DNA of 64,000 nt, taken from positions 1,312,001 to 1,376,000 of the forward strand of contig OZ219866.1 in assembly GCA_964291675.2 (NCBI GenBank), read 5' to 3'. The notes beneath the pieces are model-generated. The model did not search any database. It saw only the letters and a program-made list of their open reading frames with translations, and was not told where the DNA came from. Positions 20,033 to 33,290 of the stretch are shown piece after piece. Within the stretch, counting starts at the first letter, position 1. Each line of letters begins with the position of its first letter. Position numbers and translations under genes: made by a program. The stretch is from Alphaproteobacteria bacterium (lineage in GTDB: Bacteria; Pseudomonadota; Alphaproteobacteria; MPNO01).

Positions 20033-20542
20033 TCACGTCGACCCTCCCCTTGGGCCGGATACGGTACGATCACTCCGCCCGCCGATCAAGCTCCCGTAGA
20101 GGACGATGGCGACGCCGACGGTGATCGCGCTATCGGCAAGGTTGAAGGCCGGCCAATGGTACCCGGCGACATGGAAGTCGAGAAAATCGATCACGTGGCC
20201 GCGGGCGATCCGGTCGGTCCCGTTGCCGGCAGCACCGCCGATTATCAGGCCCAGCGCGACGGTGAGCCCGCGTTCGCCGGTGCGCGTCATCCAGACCAGC
20301 ATGCCGGCGATGACGACGACGGTAAAGCCCGCCAGCAGCCACGGCCCCCACGGCGAGTCGGTCTGGAACATGCCGAAGCTCGCGCCACGGTTGTGGACCA
20401 GGACGAAATTGAAGAACCCGGTCACCGGCAGGCCCCGCCCCACCTCCTCCAGCCAGCCCGCCACGATCCATTTGGTGGCCTGATCGGCGAGCGCGACCGC
20501 CGCGGCGATCGCGAGCCCCTGCCGCAGCCTGGGATTGGGCAC
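20033..20542 (-). CDS. lspA: Lipoprotein signal peptidase II
   Basis: DQATK, NRGASFG, GGAAGNGTDR, VIDFL, FNLADSAI. Confidence 0.95.
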   Translation of the reverse strand: MPNPRLRQGLAIAAAVALADQATKWIVAGWLEEVGRGLPVTGFFNFVLVHNRGASFGMFQTDSPWGPWLLAGFTVVVIAGMLVWMTRTGERGLTVALGLIIGGAAGNGTDRIARGHVIDFLDFHVAGYHWPAFNLADSAITVGVAIVLYGSLIGGRSDRTVSGPRGGST

Positions 20543-20547
20543 GGGTT

Positions 20548-23363
<2,816 letters not shown>

Positions 23364-23367
<4 letters not shown>

Positions 23368-24332
23368 TGCGGGGCCCTGGGGTCGCCGGAATCGATGGAT
23401 GCGAGGAGCTCTCGCGCAGCCAGGCTGTCCTTCGCGATCTGGTCGCGGAGCTCGGGCAGCCCGTCGAACCTGCGCTCGGGCCGGATATACTCGACCAGCG
23501 CGACCCTCAGCAAGCGGCCATAGATGTCGCGGTCGAAATCGAAGACATGGGTTTCGAGACCGACCACGCTGCCGCCTATGGTCGGGCGGATGCCGAGATT
23601 GGCGCAGCCGGGGCGCCACACCGTCTCGCCGTCCTCCTCGATCCCGGCCCAGACCGCGTAGACGCCGAGCGCCGGGCGGACGGTGTCGGCCGGCGCCAGG
23701 TTGGCGGTGGGAAAGCCGAGCAGCCGGCCGCGCCTGTCGCCCTCCCGCACGCGCCCCTCGATCTCCCAGCAGCGGCCGAGCTGGAGCGCCGCCGCGCCCG
23801 GCTTTCCGTCGCGCAGGCAGGCGCGGATATTGGTCGACGAGAACACCGTCTCTCCCCAGCCGCTGACCGGTTCGACGATCTCGAACCCGACGCCCGCGCC
23901 TTTCGCCCAGCGCTCCAGCGTCTGGACGTTGCCGCGCCGGTCATGGCCGAACACGAAATCGTAGCCGATCGCGAGATGGCGCGCGGCGAGGCCCTTTGCC
24001 AGAACCGCGTCGATGAACGCCTCGGGCGGGACGCGCGCCATGGCTGCGTCGAAGCGCAGCACCAGCAGGATATCGACGCCGAGGGCTTCGAAGCGGCGCG
24101 CCTTGGATCTGAGCGGCGTGAGCTGGAACGGCGGCGCGTCGGGGCGGAAGAAACGCCGGGGATGCGGCTCGAAGGTGACCACGGCGAGCGGCGCCCGGAG
24201 GCGGCGCGCGGCGTCGGCGGCGACGCCGACCACCGCCGCGTGGCCGCGATGGACGCCGTCGAAATTGCCGATCGTCGCCGCGGCGCCGCGGGCGCTCTCG
24301 GGCAGGTTGGACGGGTGGCGGACGATGCGCAT
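23364..24332 (-). CDS. ribF: Bifunctional riboflavin kinase/FAD synthetase
   Basis: GNFDGVHRGH, SSTNIR, GRLLGFPTAN, ETHVFDF. Confidence 0.96.
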
Positions 24333-24445
24333 TTGGGCGCTTACCTATCGGCGGGCGATTCGGGTGTCAAACCGTTCGCCGGGGATCGCGCGAATTCTCC
24401 AACCGCCGGGCAAAACCGCTATGATCCGGCGCCCGATGGCAAGCG

Positions 24446-24853
24446 ATGGAGAGCGCGATGTCAGACACCCCGCCGATGACGCCCGGCACGTTCGGCTGGA
24501 ACGAGCTGGTGACCGCCGACACCGAGGCCTGCGAGGCGTTCTTCACCCGGCTGATGGGCTGGACCACCGATACCAACCCGATGGAGGAAGGCGGCGTCTA
24601 CACCTTCTTCAAGCAGGGCGATCGCCCGGTCGGCGGCATGATGTCGATGCAATCGCTCGGCCTTGAGGACGTGCCGTCGCACTGGATGGCCTATCTCACG
24701 GTGGAGGATGTCGATGCCGCCTGCGCGCGGTGTCGGGATCTCGGCGGCAGGATCCTCATGGAGCCGATGGACGTGAAGGGCATCGGCCGCTTCGCCATCA
24801 TCGCCGACCCCTCCGATGCCGCCCTCGGCCTCGCCCAGTACTTTTCGTCCTAG
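24446..24853 (+). CDS. VOC/glyoxalase family protein
   Basis: PGTFGWNEL, FFTRLMGW, HWMAYLTVEDVD, GRFAIIADP. Confidence 0.88.
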   Translation: MESAMSDTPPMTPGTFGWNELVTADTEACEAFFTRLMGWTTDTNPMEEGGVYTFFKQGDRPVGGMMSMQSLGLEDVPSHWMAYLTVEDVDAACARCRDLGGRILMEPMDVKGIGRFAIIADPSDAALGLAQYFSS

Positions 24854-24976
24854 CGGCGGGGCCGATAGGCGTTCCTTTCCCGGGGCGTACCGTGCTATGC
24901 TCACGGCGAATGGCTGCCGGCAGGCGGGTTTCGACCGCCCGGCACGAACCGAAACGACGATGGAGACGGCTGGACC

Positions 24977-25180
24977 GTGGAAGTTCTTGTACGCGACAAC
25001 GATGTCGATCAGGCGCTGAGGGCGCTCAAGAAAAAGATGCAGCGCGAGGGCATCTTCCGCGAGATGAAGATGCGGCGCTCATACGAGAAACCGTCCGAAA
25101 GACGCGCGCGGGAAAAGGCGGAGGCGATCCGCCGCGCGCGCAAGCTCGAGAGAAAACGCCTGGAGCGCGAGGGCTACTAG
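24977..25180 (+). CDS. rpsU: 30S ribosomal protein S21
   Basis: [35 protein letters not shown]. Confidence 0.97.
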   Translation: MEVLVRDNDVDQALRALKKKMQREGIFREMKMRRSYEKPSERRAREKAEAIRRARKLERKRLEREGY

Positions 25181-25282
25181 GCCGAAGCCCTCGCCTGGCT
25201 GAACCGGGGCCGCGGTCTGCGGCCCTTGTCGCGTGTGGCGTCCCGCTGGCGCGATTTCGCCCGCCACATTATAGTCCCGCCC

Positions 25283-26245
25283 ATGTCCGAGACCGCGGCG
25301 TGGACGCGGGAGGGCGCGCTGGCGCTGCTCTCGCGCCCCTTCAACGACCTGATCTTCGAGGCGCAGGCGGTCCATCGCCGTCATTTCGACCCCAACCGGG
25401 TGCAGGTCTCCACCCTGCTCAGCATCAAGACCGGCGGCTGTCCCGAGAACTGCGCCTATTGCCCGCAGAGCGCCCATTTCGACACCGGCGTCGCCAATGA
25501 GCGCCTGATGAGGCTGGAGGACGTTCTCGACGCCGCCCGCGCGGCCAGGGCGGCGGGCGCGACGCGGTTCTGCATGGGGGCGGCCTGGCGCGGCCCCAAC
25601 GACCGGGATCTGGACGCGGTCGAGGCGATGATCGCGGGCGTCAAGGAGATCGGTCTGGAGACCTGCGCCACGCTGGGCCTGCTGGCGCCGGGCCAGGCGG
25701 AGCGGCTGCGCGCGGCGGGGCTCGACTACTACAACCACAACATCGACACCTCCGAATCCTATTACCGCGAGATCGTCACCACCCGGCGTTACGAAGACCG
25801 GCTGGACACGCTCGCCAGGGTGCGCGCGGCGGGTATCGCGGTCTGCTGCGGCGGTATCGTCGGGATGGGCGAGAGCCGCGAGGACCGGGCCGACATGCTG
25901 CTTGCGCTGGCCGCCCTGCCGGAGCCGCCGGAAAGCGTGCCGATCAACGCGCTCGTGGCGGTGCCCGGCACGCCGCTCGCCGATGCGCCGAAGCTCGACC
26001 CGCTGGAATTCGTCCGCACGGTCGCCGCGGCGCGGATCATGATGCCGCGCTCGATGGTCCGGCTGTCGGCCGGGCGGCTCGAGATGGACGACGCCACCCA
26101 GGCGCTCTGCTTCCTCGCCGGCGCCAACTCGATCTTTCACGGCGAACGCCTGCTGACCACGCCCAACCCCGCGGTCGGGGAGGATCTGGGGCTGTTCGAC
26201 CGGCTCGGGATCGAGGCGATGGAAACGGCCGGCGACGGTGGCTGA
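25283..26245 (+). CDS. bioB: Biotin synthase
   Basis: Radical [44 protein letters not shown]. Confidence 0.96.
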   Translation: MSETAAWTREGALALLSRPFNDLIFEAQAVHRRHFDPNRVQVSTLLSIKTGGCPENCAYCPQSAHFDTGVANERLMRLEDVLDAARAARAAGATRFCMGAAWRGPNDRDLDAVEAMIAGVKEIGLETCATLGLLAPGQAERLRAAGLDYYNHNIDTSESYYREIVTTRRYEDRLDTLARVRAAGIAVCCGGIVGMGESREDRADMLLALAALPEPPESVPINALVAVPGTPLADAPKLDPLEFVRTVAAARIMMPRSMVRLSAGRLEMDDATQALCFLAGANSIFHGERLLTTPNPAVGEDLGLFDRLGIEAMETAGDGG

Positions 26246-27485
26246 GACGCCAGGGAACCCCTGGTTCCCCTACACCCCGATGCGGGGCGTGCCGCCGCCG
26301 CTCGAAGCGGTGGGCACAGAGGGCGCGCGCATCCGCCTCGCCGACGGGCGCGAGCTGGTCGACGGGATCGCGTCCTGGTGGACGGCGTGTCACGGCTACA
26401 ACCACCCCCACATCCTGGACGCGATGGAGGCGCAGCTTCGCCGCATGCCGCATGTGATGTTCGGCGGCATGGTGCACGAGCCGGCCCTGCGGCTCGCCCG
26501 CCGGCTCGCGGCAGTGCTGGGCTGCGGCCTCGACCACGTGTTCTTCAGCGACTCCGGCTCCGTCTCGGTCGAGATCGCGCTCAAGATGGCGATCCAGTAC
26601 TGGCGCAACCGGGGGATCGACGGGCGCGGCCGGTTCGTCTGCTTTCGCGGCGCCTATCACGGCGACACGCTGGGCGCGATGGCGGTGTGCGATCCCGAGG
26701 ACGGCATGCACCGGCTGCTGGGCGGCTACGTGCCGCCGCAGATCGTGCTGGACCTGCCGCTCGGCCGCAGAGCCGCCGCGGCGTTCGAGGACGCCATCGC
26801 GCGCCACGCAAGCGAGATCGCGGCGGTGGTGGTGGAGCCGCTGCTCCAGGCGGCGGGCGGCATGCGCTTCCATGCGCCGGAGACGCTCGCAGCGATCGCC
26901 GGGACCTGCCGCCGCCACGGCCAGCTGCTCGTCCTCGACGAGGTGGCAACCGGGTTCGGGCGCACCGGCACGATGTTCGCCTTCGAACAGGCGGGAATCG
27001 CGCCCGACATCGTCTGCCTCTCCAAGGCGCTCACCGGCGGCACGATGGGGCTCGCGGCGACGGTCGCCAACCGGCTCGTGTTTGCCGCCTTCGACAGCGA
27101 GGACCCGAAGCGGGCGTTGATGCACGGGCCCACCTTCATGGCGAACCCGCTGGGCTGCGCCGCCGCCAACGCCTCGCTCGACCTGTTCGAGCGCGAGCCC
27201 AGGCTGGAACAGGCGCGGCGCATCGAGTCCCGTCTCCGGGAGTCGCTCGAGCCCTGCCGGTCGCTGCCCCGCGTGGTCGACGTCCGGGTGCTGGGCGCGG
27301 TCGGCGTCGTCGAGCTCGACCGGATCGACGATCTCGCCGGCATGCGGATGCGCTTCGTCGAGGAGGGCGTATGGATCCGCCCGCTCGGCAACGCGGTCTA
27401 TCTGATGCCGCCGCTGGTGGTCACCGGCGACGAGCTCGATCTTCTGGCCGGCGCGATCCGCCGCGTGGTGGGATCGCTCAGTTAG
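26238..27485 (+). CDS. bioA: Adenosylmethionine-8-amino-7-oxononanoate transaminase
   Basis: [50 protein letters not shown]. Confidence 0.95.
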   Translation: MAETPGNPWFPYTPMRGVPPPLEAVGTEGARIRLADGRELVDGIASWWTACHGYNHPHILDAMEAQLRRMPHVMFGGMVHEPALRLARRLAAVLGCGLDHVFFSDSGSVSVEIALKMAIQYWRNRGIDGRGRFVCFRGAYHGDTLGAMAVCDPEDGMHRLLGGYVPPQIVLDLPLGRRAAAAFEDAIARHASEIAAVVVEPLLQAAGGMRFHAPETLAAIAGTCRRHGQLLVLDEVATGFGRTGTMFAFEQAGIAPDIVCLSKALTGGTMGLAATVANRLVFAAFDSEDPKRALMHGPTFMANPLGCAAANASLDLFEREPRLEQARRIESRLRESLEPCRSLPRVVDVRVLGAVGVVELDRIDDLAGMRMRFVEEGVWIRPLGNAVYLMPPLVVTGDELDLLAGAIRRVVGSLS

Positions 27486-28843
27486 TCCGGCGGAGGCACG
27501 CCCGCCTTTTTCATCGCCGCCGCCTGGCGTTTCGCCAGGGTATCGGCGTCGAAATCCGCGACCAGGTCGTGGAACATCCGGTGCCAGTTGATCTCGGCCC
27601 TGAGATGCATGAAGACCGAGCCGAGGCCGATGGCGGCGCGGTCCATGAGCACGAACTCGCGCGGCGGACGCACCCCGCCCAGCCGGCGCAGCTCGCGATG
27701 CACCTTCGAGGCCACCTCGGCGCCGTAGACCCGGCTGTTGGCGCCCTCGATCGGCCGGGGCCTGTCCTCCAGCAACGGCGCGTAGAGGAACGACGCCCAG
27801 AGGTTCAGGACGTCGATCGTCTCGTTCGACAGCCCGGTGAACCCCCAGCCCTCATAGGCATCCACCGCAAGCGCACGGTCGTCCCGGTCGATCGCGTGGT
27901 AGAGGTCGATCGCGCCCTTGACGAATCGCGGCGGGAAGATCCGGATACAGCCGAAATCGAGCAGGTTCACCGACCCGTCCGGCCGCACGGTGTAGTTGCC
28001 GAGATGCGGATCGCCGTGGATGACGCCGTAGTCGTAGAACGGCACGTACCAGGCGCGGAACATGTTGTGGGCGACCCGGTTGCGCGCCTCCAGCTCCTCG
28101 CCGGCCAGCTCCAGCAGCCGGCGCCCGTCCAGCCAGGTCATGGTCAAGAGCCGCCCTGTGGAGAGCGCGGGCACCGGGTCGGGGACGTGCACGGCCTCTT
28201 CGTCGGCGTGCATCAGGCGGTAGAGCCGGATATGGCGCAGCTCGCGCGCGTAGTCGACCTCCTCGCGCAGCCTGGCGGCGAGCTCGGCATGGATCTCGCG
28301 CGGGTCGACCGCCTTGTCGTAGCGCCGGTAGATCGCCAGCACGATGCGCAGCTGGCGGAGGTCGGCCTCGACGGCGGACGCCATGTCGGGGTATTGCAGC
28401 TTGCAGGCGAGATCGCTTCCGTCCCGCCCGACCGCGCGGTGCACCTGGCCGAGCGACGCGGCCGCGGCCGCCTGGCGCTCGAAGCTCGCGAAGCGCTTCT
28501 CCCAGCCGGCGCCGAGCTCGGCCGCCATGCGGCGCCTGACGAACAGCCAGCCCATCGGCGGCGCGTTGGCCTGCAGCTCGCCCAGCTGCTCGGAGTATTC
28601 CCGGGGCAGGATGTCGGGGACGGTCGACATGATCTGGGCGACCTTCATCAGCGGCCCCTTGAGGCCGCCGAGCGCGCGGCGCAGATCCCCGGCGCTGCGC
28701 TCCCGGTCCATCTCCAAGCCGAGATAGCGCTCGCCCGCCACGCGGGCGGCGATGCCGCCCACCGCCGCGCCCACGCGGCCGTAGCGCCGCACCCGCCCGG
28801 TCAGCCGGTTGTCCTCGTCGCGGCGTTCCGGCGGCCGCCTCAT
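27482..28843 (-). CDS. ABC1/UbiB (AarF) family atypical kinase
   Basis: LKGPLMKVAQ, AAASLGQVH, KLQYP, HGDPHLGN, LDFG. Confidence 0.9.
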   Translation of the reverse strand: MRRPPERRDEDNRLTGRVRRYGRVGAAVGGIAARVAGERYLGLEMDRERSAGDLRRALGGLKGPLMKVAQIMSTVPDILPREYSEQLGELQANAPPMGWLFVRRRMAAELGAGWEKRFASFERQAAAAASLGQVHRAVGRDGSDLACKLQYPDMASAVEADLRQLRIVLAIYRRYDKAVDPREIHAELAARLREEVDYARELRHIRLYRLMHADEEAVHVPDPVPALSTGRLLTMTWLDGRRLLELAGEELEARNRVAHNMFRAWYVPFYDYGVIHGDPHLGNYTVRPDGSVNLLDFGCIRIFPPRFVKGAIDLYHAIDRDDRALAVDAYEGWGFTGLSNETIDVLNLWASFLYAPLLEDRPRPIEGANSRVYGAEVASKVHRELRRLGGVRPPREFVLMDRAAIGLGSVFMHLRAEINWHRMFHDLVADFDADTLAKRQAAAMKKAGVPPPD

Positions 28844-30624
28844 GCGGCGTCCTCCAGCTCGTCGATCATCCCCTCGATCACCGCGAGCCCCCGCGCCCAG
28901 AACGCCGGCTCCGCGGCATCGAGCCCGAACGGCGCCAGCAGCTCGCGGTGGCGCAGCGTGCCGCCGGCCTCAAGCATGCGGAGGTAGTTCGCCGCGAAAC
29001 CGGGCGCGCCGCCCTCATGGACCGCATAGAGCGCGTTCACCAGGCAATCCCCGAAGGCGTAGGCATAGACATAGAACGGCGAGTGGACGAAATGCGGGAT
29101 ATAGCACCAGTAGTACCGGTAGTCCCCGCCGAGCCGGATCGCCGGGCCCAGGCTCTCGCGCTGGACGTCGAGCCAGATCTCGCACAGCCGGTCGGCCGTC
29201 AGCTCTTCGCGGCGGCGCTCCTCGTGGACCCGGCTCTCGAAGCGGTAGAAGGCGATCTGGCGGATCACGGTGTTGAGCATGTCCTCGACCTTGGCGGCGA
29301 GCAGCAGACGCCGCTCCGCCGGGCCGGCGCGGTCGAGCAGGGCGCGGAAGGTCAGCATCTCGCCGAACACCGAGGCGGTCTCGGCGAGGGTCAGCGGCGT
29401 CTTCGCCATCAGATGGCCCTGGCGCCCGGCGAGCACCTGGTGGACGCCGTGACCGAGCTCGTGCGCCAGGGTCATCACGTCGCGCGGCCTGCCTTGGTAG
29501 TTGAGCAGGATGTAGGGATGCGCGGACGGAACCGTGGCATGCGAGAAGGCGCCCGGCGACTTGCCCGGCCGGAGCGCGGCATCGATCCGGCGGTCGTCGA
29601 AGAACCGGGCGGCGATCCGGCGCAGCGCCGGCGAGAACGCGCCATAGGCGTCGAGCACGATGTCGCGCGCCTCGTCCCAGCGGATGACGCTGCCGTCGGC
29701 GCCGGGCAGCGGCGCGTTGCGGTCCCAATGCTCCAGCGCATCGACCCCGAACCGGCGCGCCTTCAGCGCGTAGTAGCGGTGCGCGAGACGCGGATAGGCG
29801 TCCGTCACCGCCTCGGTCAGGGCATCCACCACCCCGGCCTCGACCCGGTTGGCGAGATGGCGCGCCGACTGGGGGGTCTGGTAGCCGCGCCAGCCGTCCT
29901 CGATCTCCTTGTCCTTGGCGAGCGTATTGGCGATCAGCGCGAACAGCCGCACGTTCTCCGCGAGCACCCGTCCGATCGATTCGGCCGCTTCCCGGCGGCG
30001 CGCGCCATCGGGATCGGACAGCAGATGAAGCGCCTCCTGGGCGGTCAGGTCCCGGCCCTCGACCGGGAAGCGGAGCGCCGCCATGGTTTCGTCGAACAGC
30101 CGGGTCCAGGCCGCCCGGCCGGTCAGGCGCTTGACATGGAACAGCCGCTCGGCCTCCTCGCCGAGCTGATGGGGGCGGGAGAGGCGGATGTCGCGCAGCC
30201 ACGGCCGGTAGCGCGCGGCACCCGGGTCGGCGAGCTTGCCGTCGAGCGCGTCGTCTTCCATCCGGTTGATCTCGAGCGTGAAGAACAGGATTTCGCCGGT
30301 AATCGCCGTCGCCCGCTCGCGCACCGACTGATGGAACCTGGCCGTAACGGGATCGCCGAGATCGGCCGCGTGCAGAAGCTGGGCGTAGCTCTCCGCGCGG
30401 GCGACGGTTTCGGTGACCGCCTCGTAGGATGCGATCGCGCGCCCGAACGCCGCGCCGCCCGCCGCCGCGAGCCCGCCCTTCCAGCGCTTGCCAAGCGCCG
30501 CGGCGTCGCGTTCCGCGCGGTCGAGATCGGCCGCGAGCGCCGGGCTGTCCGGTGCCGGGTAGAGGTCCGCGAGGTCCCACTCGGGCAGGGCGCCGAGGCC
30601 TCCGGAATTCGCCTGGTCGGTCAT
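28840..30624 (-). CDS. pepF: M3 family oligoendopeptidase F
   Basis: LPEWDLADLY, GKSPGAF, TLAHELGHGVH, LAETAS, HFVHSPFYVYAY. Confidence 0.92.
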   Translation of the reverse strand: MTDQANSGGLGALPEWDLADLYPAPDSPALAADLDRAERDAAALGKRWKGGLAAAGGAAFGRAIASYEAVTETVARAESYAQLLHAADLGDPVTARFHQSVRERATAITGEILFFTLEINRMEDDALDGKLADPGAARYRPWLRDIRLSRPHQLGEEAERLFHVKRLTGRAAWTRLFDETMAALRFPVEGRDLTAQEALHLLSDPDGARRREAAESIGRVLAENVRLFALIANTLAKDKEIEDGWRGYQTPQSARHLANRVEAGVVDALTEAVTDAYPRLAHRYYALKARRFGVDALEHWDRNAPLPGADGSVIRWDEARDIVLDAYGAFSPALRRIAARFFDDRRIDAALRPGKSPGAFSHATVPSAHPYILLNYQGRPRDVMTLAHELGHGVHQVLAGRQGHLMAKTPLTLAETASVFGEMLTFRALLDRAGPAERRLLLAAKVEDMLNTVIRQIAFYRFESRVHEERRREELTADRLCEIWLDVQRESLGPAIRLGGDYRYYWCYIPHFVHSPFYVYAYAFGDCLVNALYAVHEGGAPGFAANYLRMLEAGGTLRHRELLAPFGLDAAEPAFWARGLAVIEGMIDELEDAA

Positions 30625-30786
30625 GCTGGGCTCCGGCGGTCGTTCTGGATATAGCGTCCGAAGCGGGCCGAAACCACCGATGGCGGGGCCGCGGCGGGGC
30701 AATTTGCATTGGCGCGACCGAGACCGGATGATCTATTTGATCGCACTGGCGGCCACTGTCCGGGAATCAACCGAAGGAGCGACGGA

Positions 30787-31485
30787 ATGGCGGATCGGGA
30801 GAAGGCACTCATCGTCGGGGCCGGCAGCGGGCTCAGCGCCTCGCTGGCGCGGCTGTTCCACGGGGAAGGCATGGCGGTGGCGCTGGCCGCGCGCAATGCG
30901 GACAAGCTGGACGGCCTGTGCTCCGAGATCGGCGGCCGCGCGCATGCCTGCGATGCCTCCGACCCGCAGGCGGTGGCGGCGCTGTTCGAGGCCGTCACGG
31001 CGGATATCGGCGCCCCCGACGTGGTCGTCTTCAACCCGAGCTTTCGCGCGCGCGGGCCGATCGTCGACCTCGACCCGGAGCAGGTGCGAAAGGTCATCGA
31101 GATCAGCTGCTTCGGCGGCTTCCTGGTGGCCCAGCAGGCGGCGCGTCAGATGACGGCGCGCGGCTCCGGCACCATCCTGCTCACCGGCGCGTCGGCGAGC
31201 GTCAAGGGCTATGCCAATTCCTCCTCCTTCGCGGTGGGCAAGTTCGGGCTGCGCGGCCTCGCCCAGAGCCTGGCGCGGGAGCTTCAGCCGCAGGGTGTCC
31301 ATGTCGCGCATTTCGTCATCGACGGCGGCATCGCCAGAGCGGGCGACGCGCGGGTGGCCGAGCGCGGGCCGGACGGCACGCTCGACCCCGACGCCATTGC
31401 CGAGACCTATCTCCACATCCACCGCCAGCACCGCAGCGCCTGGACCTGGGAGGTCGAGGTCAGGCCGTGGGTGGAGAATTTCTGA
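30787..31485 (+). CDS. Short-chain dehydrogenase/reductase
   Basis: GAGSGLS, TGASASVKG, FAVGKF (atypical YxxxK), HVAHFVIDG. Confidence 0.88.
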   Translation: MADREKALIVGAGSGLSASLARLFHGEGMAVALAARNADKLDGLCSEIGGRAHACDASDPQAVAALFEAVTADIGAPDVVVFNPSFRARGPIVDLDPEQVRKVIEISCFGGFLVAQQAARQMTARGSGTILLTGASASVKGYANSSSFAVGKFGLRGLAQSLARELQPQGVHVAHFVIDGGIARAGDARVAERGPDGTLDPDAIAETYLHIHRQHRSAWTWEVEVRPWVENF

Positions 31486-31504
31486 CCCGGCGGAGGGCTT
31501 GCGC

Positions 31505-31990
31505 GTGCACGGCAAAGTCATGGCCGCGGCGGGCCGCGCGGGGCTCGTCGCCGTGTTGCTGCTCGCCGGCCTCGCGCCAGCGCTCGGCGAGTCCGGAATC
31601 CGCGTCGTCCCCGCCTATTTGAAGAGCTCCCATCCCGCATCGGACACCCACTACAACACCGATCACCCGTCCCTCGGCGTCGGCGGGCCCGTGCGCGGAC
31701 AATGGCTGCGCTGGCGCGCCGGCATGGTGCGGAACTCCCATTCGCGCTGGGGGCCGTTCGCCGGTCTGTCCGGCACGCTGGAGGTGATCGGCGACTGGCG
31801 CGTGGGGCTGAACGCCGGAATCGCCGGGAACTACAGCCGCAACAACTGGTTTCGCATCGGCGTGCTGCCCATCGTGCAGTGGGAGGACCCGGACAGCGAC
31901 CTCATATGGGAGTTCGGGTTCGTCCGCCGCGAGGACGCGACCTTCGCCGGGGTGGGCGTCCACATCCCGCTTTCGCTGTGGACGAAATGA
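31505..31990 (+). CDS. Exported small beta-barrel-like protein, PagP-like
   Basis: Signal peptide; SSH..YNTDHPSLG..RNSHSRWGPFAG pattern; alternating beta-strand character; GGAGG RBS before GTG 31505. Confidence 0.55.
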   Translation: MHGKVMAAAGRAGLVAVLLLAGLAPALGESGIRVVPAYLKSSHPASDTHYNTDHPSLGVGGPVRGQWLRWRAGMVRNSHSRWGPFAGLSGTLEVIGDWRVGLNAGIAGNYSRNNWFRIGVLPIVQWEDPDSDLIWEFGFVRREDATFAGVGVHIPLSLWTK

Positions 31991-32008
31991 CCCGCGCGGT
32001 CCCGTGAG

Positions 32009-32098
32009 TGGCGGAGGGAGTGGGATTCGAACCCACGATACCGTTTCCGGTATACACGCTTTCCAAGCGTGCGCCTTCAGCCGCTCGGCCACCCCTCC
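32009..32098 (-). tRNA. tRNA-Ser(GGA)
   Basis: GGAGGGGTGGCCGAGCGG...CACGC TTGGAAA GCGTG, long variable arm, GTTCGAATC, encoded CCA. Confidence 0.97.
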
Positions 32099-32228
32099 GT
32101 CGGTCGCAATTTAGCACCGGCCATGCCCGGTTCAAGGGCGGACGGTTGACTCGGGAATCGGCGGGCTCGATCATCCGCCGAACGCGTCTTGCGAATTCAC
32201 CGCTCCGGATTCACGAAAGGGATTGTCC

Positions 32229-33266
32229 ATGCCAACGAGATTTTCCACCGCCCTCGGGGTCTTGCCGAGCCGGATGCCGCTCGGCGCCGCGGCGGCCGCC
32301 ATGCTGCTCGGCCTCGGCGCGGCCGCCGGCGCGGCCGAGCTCAAGCTCGCGCACTTCATGTCTCCCAAGCATCCGATGGACCGCTTCATCATGCGGCCGT
32401 GGTCCGAGGAGGTCGCGGCCAAGTCGGGCGGCAGCCTGAAAGTCCGCATCTTTCCCGGCGGCGCGCTCGGCAAGGGTCCCGTCGCGCAGTACAAGCGCGC
32501 GGTCGACGGGGTGGCGGATGTCGCCTTCGGCCTGCCGGGCTTCACCTCGAAATTGTTCCCGCGGGTGGGCGTGGTCGAGCTGCCGGGGATGGCGCCAACG
32601 TCGAGCGCTGCGACCAACGCGATGTGGAACGCCATGGGCGAGCTCGCGCCCGAGTTCCGCCGGGTCAAGCTGCTCGCGCTCTGGACCAACGAACGCCAGG
32701 TGCTGATGACCCGCAAGCAGCCGATCCGCTCGGTCGCCGACATGAAGGACCTCAAGTTCCGGGTTCCTTCCAAGACCCAGGGCGAGGCGATCAAGGCGCT
32801 CGGCGCGGTGCCCGTCTTCATGCCGATCAACCGGGTCTACAACGCGCTCAACACCGGCGTCATCGACGGCGTCTTGACCGGGCCCAGCACGATCAACAGC
32901 TTCAAGTTCAACGAGGTCGCCAAGTACTACACCACCGGCTGGCCGCTCGGCCGCTCGCCGTTCTACCTGGTGATGAACAACGCCGCCTTCGACAAGCTGT
33001 CCGACGCCCACAAGGTGCTGGTCGAACGCACCACGGGTCGGGCGATGAGCCTGCGCGCGGCCCAGTTCTACATGCGCGCCGGCAATGCGGGGCTCGACCG
33101 GGTGCGGAAATCCGACAAGCACGAGGTGATCGCGCTCGAAGGCGCGGCGCTCCAGGAGGGCGTCAAGCGGCTGTTGGCGGCGCGCGCGGCGCAGGTCAAG
33201 GCGCTCGATTCGCGCGGCGTGCCGGCGAGCGCGATCCTTAAGGCGATGGGGGTCGCCGGAAGCTGA
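32229..33266 (+). CDS. dctP: TRAP substrate-binding protein DctP
   Basis: ELKLAHF, FPGGALG, DMKDLKFRVP (conserved Arg), LGAVPV, LNTGVIDG. Confidence 0.92.
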   Translation: MPTRFSTALGVLPSRMPLGAAAAAMLLGLGAAAGAAELKLAHFMSPKHPMDRFIMRPWSEEVAAKSGGSLKVRIFPGGALGKGPVAQYKRAVDGVADVAFGLPGFTSKLFPRVGVVELPGMAPTSSAATNAMWNAMGELAPEFRRVKLLALWTNERQVLMTRKQPIRSVADMKDLKFRVPSKTQGEAIKALGAVPVFMPINRVYNALNTGVIDGVLTGPSTINSFKFNEVAKYYTTGWPLGRSPFYLVMNNAAFDKLSDAHKVLVERTTGRAMSLRAAQFYMRAGNAGLDRVRKSDKHEVIALEGAALQEGVKRLLAARAAQVKALDSRGVPASAILKAMGVAGS

Positions 33267-33290
33267 GCCCGGCGCCGGCTCTTGCGGGCG

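Noticed and set aside
31991-32228. tRNA-Ser as an island integration site
   Set aside because: No integrase and no duplicated tRNA 3' end seen in the window
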